Source: an uncultured Chloroflexia bacterium (GTDB lineage: Bacteria > Chloroflexota > Anaerolineae > Anaerolineales > Anaerolineaceae). From it: DNA of 32,000 nucleotides. Location of the stretch: the NCBI GenBank assembly GCA_963704755.1, contig OY969938.1:2220001-2252000 (forward strand). The letters run 5' to 3'. The notes under the pieces are model-generated. The model made no database searches. It had not been told where the DNA came from and worked only from the letters and a program-made list of their open reading frames with translations. Shown here one piece after another: positions 14,075 to 24,300 of this stretch. Within the stretch, counting starts at the first letter, position 1, and each line of letters opens with the position of its first letter. The translations under genes were made by a program, and so were the position numbers.

Positions 14075-15733
14075 ATGCTTACCATCAATCAAATTTCCAA
14101 AAAATTCGGGATCGAAACGATCCTTTCGCAAGTATCCTTTACGGTCAACGCCGGGGAACGGGTTGGCCTGGTAGGGCCCAACGGCTGCGGCAAAACCACC
14201 CTGCTGCGCATCATCACCGGCGACGAAAAAGCTGATTCGGGCGCCATCCACTTTACCCCCTCTACCCTGGCGGTGGGTTACCTGCCCCAGGGCGCCGGCT
14301 TCGAGCCGGAGGATACCCTGCAAACCTTCCTGCAGCGTTGCGAAGGCGATCTACCAGCCCTTTCGGCCCGGCTGCAAACCCTGGCCATCGCCCTGGTCGA
14401 GCAGCCCGAACGCGCCGATCTGCAAACCGAATACGACGCCACCCTGGCGGGCATCGAGCGGGCCTCCCAATCCGCCGGGCGCGGGCCGGCCGTGCTGGCC
14501 AACCTGGGGCTGGACAGTCTATCCGGCGACCTGCCGGTAGCCGTCTTGAGCGGCGGCCAGAAGACGCGCCTGTCGCTGGCCGGCGTGCTGTTGAGCAACC
14601 CGCAGCTCCTGCTGCTGGATGAGCCCACCAACCACCTCGACCTGGAGATGCTGCTCTGGCTCGCGGATTGGCTGCTCGACTTCCGCGGCGGGGTGTTATT
14701 GGTCTCGCACGACCGGGCCTTTTTGGACCAGGTCGCCACCAGCATCGTCGAGATCGACCCGTTCACCCACACGGCGCGCAGCTTTATCGGCAATTACAGC
14801 GACTACCTGGAAGCCAAAATCGCCGACCGGGAACACCAATGGCAGGCCTACACCGATCAGCAGGACGAAATCGGCCGTCTCCGGTCCGCTTCTGCACACA
14901 TGCGCTCGCTGACCCGCGCCCACAAGGGCGGCAAGGCCGACCCTGCCCAGGGCGACAAGTTCGCCGCCGGGTTTTTCGCCAACCGCGGCAAAGAATCGGT
15001 CCAAAAAGCGAAAAATATCGAGAAACGCATCGAAAAAATGCTGACCGAAGACCGGGTGGATAAACCGCCCCAGACCTGGGAAATGAAGCTGGATTTCCAC
15101 GAAAGCGGCGTCACCGGGCGGGACGCGATCGTCCTGGAAGGGCTTTCGGTGGGCTACGGCGAAAACGTGCTGCTGGAAGACATTAACCTGGTGCTGCGGG
15201 CCGGCAGCCGCACCGCCCTGGTGGGGCCAAACGGCTGCGGAAAAACGACCCTGATGCGCACCATCACCGGGCAAATCGAGCCGCTGGCCGGGCGGGTGCG
15301 CCTGGGCAGCAACGCTCACCTGGGCTACATGGCCCAGGAACAGGAAAACCTGGACCCCGGCCTCAACGCCTTCGAGACCCTGCAAAAAATCAGCGGGATG
15401 GCCGAGACCGAGACGCGCGCCTTCCTCTCGCTGTTCCTCTTCAAGGGCGACGACGTGTTCATCCCGGCCGGCAAGCTCTCCTACGGTGAGCGCTCGCGGC
15501 TGACCCTGGCCTGCCTGGTCTCGCAGGGCTGTAACCTGCTGCTGCTGGACGAGCCGGTCAACCACCTGGACATCCCCTCGCGCACGCGCTTCGAGCAGGC
15601 CCTGAGCTCCTTCAAAGGCGCTATCCTGGCCGTGGTCCACGACCGCTATTTCCTGCAAAGTTTTGCCAACGAACTATGGGAGGTGGATGGCAAAACCCTG
15701 CGCAGCGTAGATTTGAAGATCCAGGCATCATGA
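14075..15733 (+). CDS. ABC-F family ATPase (two fused ABC domains, no TM domain)
   Basis: Two Walker A motifs (GPNGCGKTT twice), two signature motifs (LSGGQKTRLSLA, LSYGERSRLTLA), two Walker B motifs (LLLLDEPTNHLD, LLLLDEPVNHLD) and a charged interdomain linker of about 100 aa. Confidence 0.93.
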   Translation: MLTINQISKKFGIETILSQVSFTVNAGERVGLVGPNGCGKTTLLRIITGDEKADSGAIHFTPSTLAVGYLPQGAGFEPEDTLQTFLQRCEGDLPALSARLQTLAIALVEQPERADLQTEYDATLAGIERASQSAGRGPAVLANLGLDSLSGDLPVAVLSGGQKTRLSLAGVLLSNPQLLLLDEPTNHLDLEMLLWLADWLLDFRGGVLLVSHDRAFLDQVATSIVEIDPFTHTARSFIGNYSDYLEAKIADREHQWQAYTDQQDEIGRLRSASAHMRSLTRAHKGGKADPAQGDKFAAGFFANRGKESVQKAKNIEKRIEKMLTEDRVDKPPQTWEMKLDFHESGVTGRDAIVLEGLSVGYGENVLLEDINLVLRAGSRTALVGPNGCGKTTLMRTITGQIEPLAGRVRLGSNAHLGYMAQEQENLDPGLNAFETLQKISGMAETETRAFLSLFLFKGDDVFIPAGKLSYGERSRLTLACLVSQGCNLLLLDEPVNHLDIPSRTRFEQALSSFKGAILAVVHDRYFLQSFANELWEVDGKTLRSVDLKIQAS

Positions 15734-15742
15734 CCGGATCGG

Positions 15743-15857
15743 GGTGTTGAAAAAGTCGCTTTTCAACACCAGGTTGGGGTATATACGGTGGGGCGGCTTT
15801 GCCGCCCCACCGTATATACCCAAAATTTTTAAGGGGCAGGGTGTTTTTCAACACCCT
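15743..15857 (+). terminator. Cluster of three hairpins downstream of the ABC-F gene; the central one is the likely terminator
   Basis: Hairpin 1 (15743-15770): GGTGTTGAAAA / TTTTCAACACC. Hairpin 2 (15777-15821): perfect 21-bp stem GGGTATATACGGTGGGGCGGC / GCCGCCCCACCGTATATACCC with loop TTT, then AAAATTTTT. Hairpin 3 (15838-15857): AGGGTGTT / AACACCCT. Confidence 0.7.
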
Positions 15858-15928
15858 CTTCTGTCTTTGTTTGACAGCCCTTTATGGATGGGGTAGACTA
15901 CTTTAGTATTTATACGAAAAAATGATCC

Positions 15929-15977
15929 ATTGAGTGTTTGTTTCGGGGGACATTCTCACTCGAAACAAACACTCAAT
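15929..15977 (+). promoter_or_regulatory. 17-bp perfect stem-loop in the 5' region of the GH63 gene
   Basis: ATTGAGTGTTTGTTTCG / CGAAACAAACACTCAAT with a 15-nt loop and no T-tract. It lies 48 nt upstream of the probable start at 16025. Confidence 0.45.
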
Positions 15978-16024
15978 CCGTACCTGTAGAAGAGCATTTT
16001 CGCTCGGAAGGAAACGATTTATCT

Positions 16025-17787
16025 ATGCCCATCTCCGGCTATCTGGAGCTGTTACGTAACCATATCGATATTTCCCGCGTGCCCTTCAGTGACCGCGGTT
16101 CACGTTTACTCGTTTTTCGCTATCCTTACCAAAACGGGCTGTATGTCAAACTGGCCGAGCGGCTGATCCAGCTCGAATCGGATATCGAGGCCTATTTACA
16201 CCGCCCGCCGTTCATCCAGGGCTTGCAGTTCCTGGACGAAGAAGGCCAGGAGCTTGAGTTCGAGGTCACCAGCTACCCGCACCTCTTGCAGTTGCACACC
16301 CGCCTGGGTGATATCCAGATCGTTTTCCAGGACATCCGCACCCTCAGTTTTGGCTTACCGCAGGCCAACCGCCTGGGCATGCGCTTCCGCGTTTTCCCCC
16401 AGTTTTGGAAGGCCACCCCCTCCGGCGGAAAGTTCATGTCGGTGCGTAACGTGTCCTATTCGGCCTCCTGCGATATGCAGGATAATCGCATCACCCCGGT
16501 GGAAGGCGGTTACGAGGTGGAATTCTACGTCTGTTCGGAGGGGGACGCTTCTATCGATATCAGCATTCACCCCTACGATCACTCCGCCAGCCTCCTCAAG
16601 CCTTTCCCAGAGGCTTTTGCCTCCGCCGAGCAGCGCTGGCAAAGCTGGTTCGACCGGGTTCCGCCGGTGCTGCCCCAGTTCCAACGCACCTATGCCTATG
16701 CCTGGTGGGTCATGGGCAATAACCTGATCAGCCCGCTGGGCAGCGTGACCTATGAGGCCATGGCCCCCTCCAAGCTCAATTACGTGGGCCTGTGGCTGTG
16801 GGATAACGCCATGCACACCCTGGCCTTCCGGCACGTGGACGCCGAGCTGGCCCGCAACCAGATCCGGGCCATGATTGCCCACCAGTTACCGAACGGCATG
16901 CTGCCGGACGCCGTTTTCGACGAGGGCGTCGTCTCTTCGATCAATCATCCCATCCAGGGCGAGGTGACCAAGCCCCCCATCCTGGCCTGGGCCGCGGTCA
17001 AGCTGCACGAGATCGACCCGGATATCAATTTTTACGCGAGATCTACATGCCCTTGGTGCGGTTGAACGCCTGGTGGTTCTCGATGAACGACGACGACGGC
17101 GATGGGTTGGCCCAGTACAACCACCCCTATTCCTCGGGCCTGGATAACAGCCCCCTGTGGGACGAGGGCATGCCGGTCGAATCGCCGGACTTGAACACCT
17201 ACCTGTGCGTGCAGATGGGCTCATTGGCCATCATCGCCGAAACGCTCAACATGCCGTCCGAAGGAGCCATGTGGCGGCGCCGGGCGACATCTATCGTCCA
17301 GCGCATGATCAAAGATTTCTGGGACCCCGAGGCCGGCCTGTTCTGGGCGCTCAAGGACGACCAACCCGTCAAAGTAGTGACGCCCTTCAACCTTTACCCG
17401 CTGTGGACCGGGCAGCTTCCCGTGGATATCCGCACCAAACTCTTGCAGCACCTGCGCAACCCGGAAGAATTCTGGGGAAATTACGTCATTCCCACGGTCG
17501 CCCGCAATGATCCGCACTATGACCCCGAAGTGATGTGGCGCGGGCCGGTTTGGGCCAATATTAACTATTTCTTTATCGAAGCGCTGCGCCAGGTGCAGGA
17601 GTTCGACCTGGCTAATGAGTTACGCCAGCGCACCCTGGAGATGATTATGGCCCAGAAAGATATCTACGAATATTACAACGCCGAAGACGGCACACCCCCG
17701 ACGAAGGCAGCCAACACGTTTGGCTGGTCCTCGGCCGTGTTTATCGACCTGGCCATTCAGGCCAGCCGAGAGGGTGGTGTGAAATGA
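16025..17787 (+). pseudogene. GH63-family glycoside hydrolase (glucosyl-/mannosylglycerate-hydrolase-like) interrupted by a 1-nt frameshift
   Basis: ORFs 15938..17065 and 17047..17787 are the two halves of one (alpha/alpha)6 enzyme. Motifs include GLWLWDNAMH, KPPILAW, DGDGL..Y.H...SGLDNSPLWD, WRGPVWANINYF and FGWSS. The second frame, read upstream of its ATG, gives FLREIYMPLVRLNAWW, which continues the first half. The frames switch at the T5 run at 17029-17033. The probable start is ATG 16025. Confidence 0.8.
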
Positions 17788-19298
17788 TTCTCGACCCGGC
17801 CGCCGCGGAATCCAGAGCGGCGTCCTTACAGGCGCTGCTGGATAACCGTGCGCTCATCATCGTTTCCAACCGTGGCCCGGTCAGTTTTTCCAGTGGTGAA
17901 GATGGCGGCCTGGAGATGCAGCGCAGCGGAGGCGGCCTGGTGACGGCCTTGCTGGGGTTGGCCCACAACGTCGACGTCAGTTGGGTGGCCGCCGCCAACA
18001 ACGACCTGGAGAAAAACTGGTCCTCCGGGCAGGTCCAGTTAGCCGAAGAAGGCCGCTCGATCAACCTTCACCTGGTTTCGGTCGATCAGGAAGCCTACGA
18101 AGGCTACTATAACGTCATCGCCAACCCGCTGCTGTGGTTTTTGCAGCATTCTATGTGGGATTTCATCTCCTCTCCCAATATCACCCGCAGCACCTGGGAC
18201 GCCTGGGAAAAGGGCTACGTGGAAGTCAACCGCCAGTTTGCCCAGACGCTGGCCCGCCTGATCCGCGCCCTGGACAAGCCGGCCCTGGTAATGCTGCAAG
18301 ACTATCAACTGTACCTGGTCGCGCGCCAACTGCGCTCTTTGCTCGGCCGGCGTTATCCCTATACCATCAGCCACTTTGTCCACATTCCCTGGCCCGGCCC
18401 GGAAGATTGGGGCTTCCTGCCCGCCGGCATGCGCCAGATGATCCTGGAAGGGCTGACCGCGGTGGATTTATTGGGCTTTCAGACCCGCGACGATGGCCTG
18501 AATTTTATCCGCACCGCCGAAACCTACCTGCCTCGCTCGTTTACCAGTTATCGCAAAGGGCGTATCTGGTACCGCAATCACAGCACCTTCGTGCGCGATT
18601 TCCCGATCTCGCTGGACGTGAACGCGCTCAAAAAACTGGCCACCTCGGATGAAGTAGCCCAATATCGCACCCAGTTCGAAGAAGAAACCGGCGACATGCA
18701 GATTATCGTGCGGGTGGACCGGGCCGAGCCGAGCAAGAACATCGTGCGCGGTTTCCAGGCATTTGGCGAAATGCTGGAGTTACACCCGGAACACTGCGGC
18801 AAAGTCCGCTTTTTGGCCTTGCTGGTACCTTCGCGGATGGAAGTCGAAGAATATCAGAATTACCACGATCATTTCAACGCGGCCGCCGGTTGGATCAACG
18901 CCACCTACGGCTCCAGTGAATGGGAGCCGGTGCGATTGTTATTGGGGGATAATTATCAACGCGCGATAGCCGCCCTGCAAATTTACGACGTCCTGCTGGT
19001 TAACTCGATCGCCGATGGGATGAACCTGGTGGCCAAGGAAGGCCCGATCGTCAACCAACGCGACGGGGTCGAGGTGCTTTCCGAACGGACCGGCGCCCGC
19101 CAGCAATTGGAATCGGGCGCGCTGGTGATCTCGCCCTGCGATGTATACGCCACCGCCGAAGCCTTGCACCAGGCGTTGACCATGGATAAAGAAGAACGCA
19201 AGTTGCGCGCCAACCGCCTGCGCAGCATCATCGAAGAAAACGACATCAACACCTGGTTCCTGAATCAGATTGGACAGATTCAAGAGCTTGATCTGTAA
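17784..19298 (+). CDS. otsA: GT20 family glycosyltransferase (trehalose-6-phosphate synthase-like, divergent)
   Basis: Motifs are IIVSNRGPV, GGGLVTAL, NPLLWFLQH, FVHIPWPG, RVDRAEPSKNI and ADGMNLVAKEG. The usual HDYHL motif is replaced by QDYQL. Its ATG overlaps the GH63 stop. Confidence 0.8.
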   Translation: MILDPAAAESRAASLQALLDNRALIIVSNRGPVSFSSGEDGGLEMQRSGGGLVTALLGLAHNVDVSWVAAANNDLEKNWSSGQVQLAEEGRSINLHLVSVDQEAYEGYYNVIANPLLWFLQHSMWDFISSPNITRSTWDAWEKGYVEVNRQFAQTLARLIRALDKPALVMLQDYQLYLVARQLRSLLGRRYPYTISHFVHIPWPGPEDWGFLPAGMRQMILEGLTAVDLLGFQTRDDGLNFIRTAETYLPRSFTSYRKGRIWYRNHSTFVRDFPISLDVNALKKLATSDEVAQYRTQFEEETGDMQIIVRVDRAEPSKNIVRGFQAFGEMLELHPEHCGKVRFLALLVPSRMEVEEYQNYHDHFNAAAGWINATYGSSEWEPVRLLLGDNYQRAIAALQIYDVLLVNSIADGMNLVAKEGPIVNQRDGVEVLSERTGARQQLESGALVISPCDVYATAEALHQALTMDKEERKLRANRLRSIIEENDINTWFLNQIGQIQELDL

Positions 19299-19319
19299 CC
19301 CTAAAGGAAATCACCCAAC

Positions 19320-20567
19320 ATGAAGACTGGCATCCTGCATTATTCTGTCCCCCCGGTGGTAGGAGGTGTAGAGGCAGTCCTTCAGGCCCACGCCGCCCAA
19401 TTTGTCCACAACAATCTGCCCCTGACCATCATCACCGGGCGCGGCCAGCCGGACCAGGTCGTCGACGGCGCCGAGGGGGTGCTCATCCCCGAAATCGATT
19501 CACAGCACCCGCAGATCCTGGCCCTGGCTCAATCCCTCGACCGGGGTGTTCTGCCCGGCGAGTTCGAGGCCGTAAAAACACAACTCGCCCAGACCCTGGA
19601 ACCGGTCGTATCCGGGTTGGACCATTTAATCGTCCATAACATTTTCAGCAAGCATTTCAACCTGCCCCTGACGGCCGCCTTGTTCCAACTCCTGGACAGC
19701 GGGGCCCTGCGCCACGCGGTGGCCTGGTGCCACGACCTGACCTGGACCAGCCCGCATTCGCGCAGCAAGGTTTACGACCGCTATCCCTGGAACCTGCTTA
19801 AAACCCCGCACCAGAACGTCACCTACGTGGCCATTTCGATGGCCCGCCAGAAGGAAGTGTGCGACTCGTTTGGCCTGCCGGCCCATCGGGTGCATATTGC
19901 CTATAACGGCGTGGATGCGCCCGGCCTGCTTGGGCTTTCCAGCCAGGGCCGCCGGCTGGCCGACCACCTGGGTTTATGGGAAGCCGACCTGAACCTGCTC
20001 ATGCCGGTGCGGGTGACCCGCGCCAAGAACGTCGAATATGCGCTGGATTTTCTGGCCGCATTGAAAGCCCTCGGCTGCCAGGTCAGGCTGGTGCTGACCG
20101 GCCCGCCCGATCCGCACGACCCGGACAGCCTGGCTTATTATGAAGAGCTGCGCCAGAAGCGCCAGCAAATGGGCCTGGAAAACGAAATGTGCTTTGTTTA
20201 CGAATGCGGCCCCCAGGCCGGTGTGCCTTACACCATCGACCAGGACGTGGTGGCCGAGCTCTACCGCGTCTGCGACGTGATGTTTATGCCCAGCCACCGC
20301 GAGGGCTTTGGCATGCCGGTGCTGGAAGCCGGTTTGAGCGGCATGCCGGTGGTCTGCACCGGGGTACCGGCGGCGGTCGAGTTGGCCCTGGAAGACGTTT
20401 TTGTGTTTGGCGAATATACCGGCGCCGAACGCCTGGCCATGGACGTGCTCACCTGGGTAGAGGATAACCCGGCCCTGCGCCTGCGCAAGCGTGTGCGCCA
20501 GAACTATACCTGGCCGGCAATTTTCCGGCGCGACTTGCTGCCTTTGCTGGAGGGCTGGAACGAATGA
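19320..20567 (+). CDS. GT4 family (group 1) glycosyltransferase
   Basis: The N-terminus is HYSVPPVVGGVE and the C-terminal motif is MPSHREGFGMPVLEAGLSGMPVV (E-x7-E type). AGGAAA RBS. Confidence 0.85.
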   Translation: MKTGILHYSVPPVVGGVEAVLQAHAAQFVHNNLPLTIITGRGQPDQVVDGAEGVLIPEIDSQHPQILALAQSLDRGVLPGEFEAVKTQLAQTLEPVVSGLDHLIVHNIFSKHFNLPLTAALFQLLDSGALRHAVAWCHDLTWTSPHSRSKVYDRYPWNLLKTPHQNVTYVAISMARQKEVCDSFGLPAHRVHIAYNGVDAPGLLGLSSQGRRLADHLGLWEADLNLLMPVRVTRAKNVEYALDFLAALKALGCQVRLVLTGPPDPHDPDSLAYYEELRQKRQQMGLENEMCFVYECGPQAGVPYTIDQDVVAELYRVCDVMFMPSHREGFGMPVLEAGLSGMPVVCTGVPAAVELALEDVFVFGEYTGAERLAMDVLTWVEDNPALRLRKRVRQNYTWPAIFRRDLLPLLEGWNE

Positions 20568-21385
20568 GCGCGGATGGACTGGAGCAGCTCGCCAAAGACA
20601 TTCGCAAAGCGCCGGTCGCGCGCCTGTTCCTGGATTACGACGGCACCCTGACCGGTTTTGCCCCCAACCCGGACGTGGTTACGCCGGACGCGCAGGTCAT
20701 CGCTTTGCTGGAGCGGATCTCGTTAACGAAGAACCTTTTTCCGGCCATTATCTCCGGCCGCCGGCTGAGCCACATTCAAAAGCTGGTGCCGGTCGAAGGT
20801 TTTTTTCTGGCCGGCACGTACGGCATCGAGATGGCTCTGCCGGGAGAAGAAACCATTTACCGGGCCGAATACGAACAGGTTCGTCCGGTACTGGATCAGC
20901 TTAAAACGGCCTGGCAAAACCTGATCGCCGGGCACACTGGCTTTTATATCGAGGACAAGGACTGGGCCCTGGCCCTGCACGCGCGATACCCCGACCTGGA
21001 CGAAGCCCGGGATGTGCTGGATGCCGCCCGGGAGGCGATCAAAGCAGTACACCCCTCCGGCGAGATCTTCCGCGTCCTGGACGGCGAACGGCTGCTCGAG
21101 CTGGCGCCGGTCACGGCCAACAAGGGCCTGGCGGTCGGCTGGATCCTGGCCAACCAATCCCCCGAGGCGATCCAGGCAGTGTACATCGGCGACGACGATA
21201 AAGATGAAGAGGCCTTCGCGGTGATCCAATCCCTGGGCGGTGTGGCCATCAAAGTCGGCCCCGATTCCGCCTCCACCCGCGCCGATTACCGCCTGCCCGG
21301 CCCGGCCGAAGTCCAGGCCTGGTTGGGTACGCTTACCTCTCCACCACCGGTAAATAAATTTTCCCTTCCGCGACCAGCACCGTAA
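20564..21385 (+). CDS. otsB: HAD-IIB sugar-phosphate phosphatase (trehalose-phosphatase-like)
   Basis: LFLDYDGTLT is the DxDGT nucleophile motif. NKG and YIGDDDKDE are the later HAD motifs. An ATGA overlap links it to the GT4 gene. The last ~17 codons overlap the convergent C25 gene. Confidence 0.82.
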   Translation: MSADGLEQLAKDIRKAPVARLFLDYDGTLTGFAPNPDVVTPDAQVIALLERISLTKNLFPAIISGRRLSHIQKLVPVEGFFLAGTYGIEMALPGEETIYRAEYEQVRPVLDQLKTAWQNLIAGHTGFYIEDKDWALALHARYPDLDEARDVLDAAREAIKAVHPSGEIFRVLDGERLLELAPVTANKGLAVGWILANQSPEAIQAVYIGDDDKDEEAFAVIQSLGGVAIKVGPDSASTRADYRLPGPAEVQAWLGTLTSPPPVNKFSLPRPAP

Positions 21386-24300
21386 ACGTCAGGGATTGCC
21401 CGGCTTCGTCTGCGCCGTGGGGAAAAACGCGCAAGGTGACGTCGTCGCGGCGGCCCCCGGGCGTATTTGTCGGGACGGTGATCGTCAGCACGACCTCGCG
21501 CTCCTCCCCGGGCTGTAAATCCAGCGACCCGGCCAGGTCCACCGGCCAGCCGGATTGGGAAACGGCGCTCAAGTCGAAGGTTTCGGGCGCATTTCCGCTG
21601 TTTTGCACGCGCAGCGCGAATTCGACCGTTTCCGCCGGTTTGGCGCGGGCCGAGAACCTATCCGCCGCCAGGCCGATTCCATAGCGATGCACTTCCACGA
21701 CCAAAGCGGCCGTATCCCAGGCGATTGGGTCGTCCAGGCTTTGGACTACCAACCGGATGGTGGTAATCTGGCCGGGCAGGGCGTCGGCCGGCAGGTGCAC
21801 GCTGACCGCTACCGCTGCGCTCTCTCCGGGTCCAAGCACAACCTGCCCGGGCGTCACGGCCACTTCCCAAACGGCGGGTTCCACAGCAAGCTGTGAAGTG
21901 GTCGCTTCCTGGCCGGTATTGGTCACCGCCAGGTTAAAAACTGCTTGCTCGCCCGGCTTCGCCACCCGGGACGTTTCCGGCGCGGCCAGGTCCACCCGGT
22001 AGCGGTCGCCGGCCGGGCTGCAATAGGCTACCTGAAGGTCATCCACGGCCCAGCCCCAGTCGTTGGCCGCACTGATGAGGCCCTGACGGAAGCGCAGCCG
22101 CATCGCCTGCCCGGCGTAGGCGCCCAGGTCGACGACCACGCGTGTCCAATCGCTGCTGCGACACCAGGCCTGCTCGCCGCCCAGGGGGTTATCGAAGGCG
22201 CTGCTCAAGGTGCCATCGTAAGGAGAGACCAGCAGCTCGTCCTGAGAGATTTTTTGCCAGGTCTGGCCGTTATCGTCGCTGGCCTCCAGATAACCGCCGT
22301 TGACACAGGTACCGCTGGCAGCGTCAAATTCGTATCGGGTCCAAAAGGCGAGGAAAGGCGCGACCACGCCCTGCGGCAGTTGAATTTGCGGGCCGGCCAG
22401 GTCCGCCAGGCCCGGGCCGTGGAGCGCCGGCGTGTAAAAGGCCTGGCCCGACTTATGCCCAACTTCGTCGCTCAGCCCCCAGGGATCCGGGCTGCCGCCG
22501 GCCGTCCATCCCGCCGCCGCACCCTCGAAATCCTGTCCATAGACCTGGACCAGGGTGGTCCCCGGCTGGCACTCGCCGGCCCGTGGGCGGGTAATGAAGC
22601 GAGCCGGCAGCGAGACAGGCCCTTGCCCGCAGGCATTCTGCGCCTGCACCCGCCAGAAATATTCCCGGCCCGGCTCCAGGTCTGCGCTCAGGCTGAAATC
22701 CGTGCCATCAATATCTTTTTCCTCCACGACCAGGTCACTAAAGCCGGCATCGGTGGCCACCTGCAGGCTGTAGGTCACTGCCTGTGTGGCCGGTCCCCAG
22801 GCAAAGGCCGGCTGCAATTCGACCGCACTGCTGCCGTTAGCCGGCTGTAATGGGACTGCCTGGGCGGGGAGCTCATCATTAACGACCAGGTCGAGACCGG
22901 CCTGGTGGCTGGAGGCGTGATTACTGGCGTTGATCTGCAGCAGGTAGCTGCCTGCCGGGGTCGACTGACCGGCCGATAAACTCAGTCCACTGGTCCCCGG
23001 CAGGCTGACCGGGTTAAGGGTAAACCCGGCCGTAAGCCCGGCCGGCAGTCCCTGGACCGCCAGCGTCACCTCCTCCGGGCTGCCGGAAAAGATCGAAAGC
23101 TGGACGTCTGTACTGGCGCTCGATCCGGTGCACACCGCCAGCCTGCCCGGCTGGACTGCCAGGCGGAAATCGCTTGGCTTGGGGCCGGTCAGCACTTCCA
23201 GGCTGGGATCACCAAAGAGCTGGTAGATCTCGTGATAGTAACGGCGCATGGCCGGGCTGGCGGACCAGGCGTCCAGCACACTCAACCCGGATTGATAGAC
23301 CACACCGGTCACTTGGGATGAGCCAAAGAAGGCCTCTCCCATGGCTTTTTCGAGCACGGCGTCTTCATTCCAGTACGAATTGGACGAAGCCCCCAGGTAA
23401 TCCAAAGCCCCTGTCCCGGCCTGGATAACCCAGGTATCGGCCAGCGACTCGGCCACGCCGAAACTGGCCGTCTGGCAGGCAAAGCTCGCCACCAGCGCCA
23501 CCGGCGTCCCGCTCAACCCGCGCACGTCGGCCTGGGTCAGGCTCGGGCCGGTCCAGGCGCTGCTCGACCCGTGCCCCATGTAGATCACCAGGCTGCGCCC
23601 ATCGTTGAGCGCGTCCAGCACTTGAGCGCTGCCGGCCCGGTAGGTTTGGGCGTACAGCCGGTCGCCACCCGGCTGGGGATCATCGGGAAAGGTTCCGCTG
23701 TATCCGGCGGCCTGGAAGTAGGTATCGATCAGGTAATCGTGCGCCGATTCCGCCACAGAATAATAAGCCTGGTCGTCGCTGGCCAGGAAGGCGGCTTTAT
23801 TGACCCAGGCTTCGCTGCCGCTGGCGTCCTGGTAGGCCAGCAATTTTTCGATCACAGCCTGGAGCTGGTCAGCGCTGCGCACCGGCAACCGGCCGGTGAG
23901 GATGTCAGCATGGTAATCGCTGGCCCCATCCATGGTAGCGTAATACAGGTCGGTGGTGAAACCGTCGCCGCTCTGGCTGGGCCAGGCCGGAAGGGTGTCG
24001 CTATCGCCGACCAGCAGCAGGTAATCAGGCGGATCGGCGCCCTGGTACTGGGCCGCGATAGCCGCCTTGATCTGCGCGGCGCTCGTCCCGGTTTCGGACA
24101 GCTTTTTCAGGGTAACCTGAAAGCCCTGCGACTGCTTGAGGGCCACCAGGCCGTCCAGGCCACCGGCGAAAGCATCCGCGCTTACGATCAGGTAACGGGG
24201 CGCAGCACTGTCGAGCGATGTGTCGGCGATCCTGGGGGTGGCGTTCAAGAAAGTCCGCTCAAGCAGCGGCGAAAACACGGCCAATTCACCCAGGGTGGTA

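Noticed and set aside
14696-15658. A 320-aa ORF antisense to the ABC-F gene; similar long antisense ORFs at 25356..26351, 30370..31365, 23571..24467, 21945..22850, 27709..28608 and 10809..11507
   Set aside because: They are typical shadow ORFs of high-GC coding regions. They are Arg/Gly/Ala/Pro-rich and low in complexity, have no recognisable motifs or RBS, and each fully overlaps a gene with strong family signatures.
15938-16024. Extended N-terminal starts given by the ORF track: 15938 for GH63, 8375 for the molybdoenzyme, 9361 for GNAT, 10019 for OsmC, 787 for the TasA-like gene and 25181 for the C25 gene
   Set aside because: In each case an internal ATG has a proper Shine-Dalgarno sequence at 5-10 nt, and the upstream extension overlaps hairpins or repeats or adds non-homologous residues. 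The starts were trimmed to 16025, 8384, 9400, 10169, 673 and 25067.
17026-17033. Programmed -1 ribosomal frameshift at C-AAT-TTT-TAC joining the two GH63 halves
   Set aside because: The sequence does not satisfy the X-XXY-YYZ slippery rule, because re-pairing would give CAA and ATT. No obvious downstream stimulatory structure was seen. A homopolymer indel (T6 to T5) is the simpler explanation.
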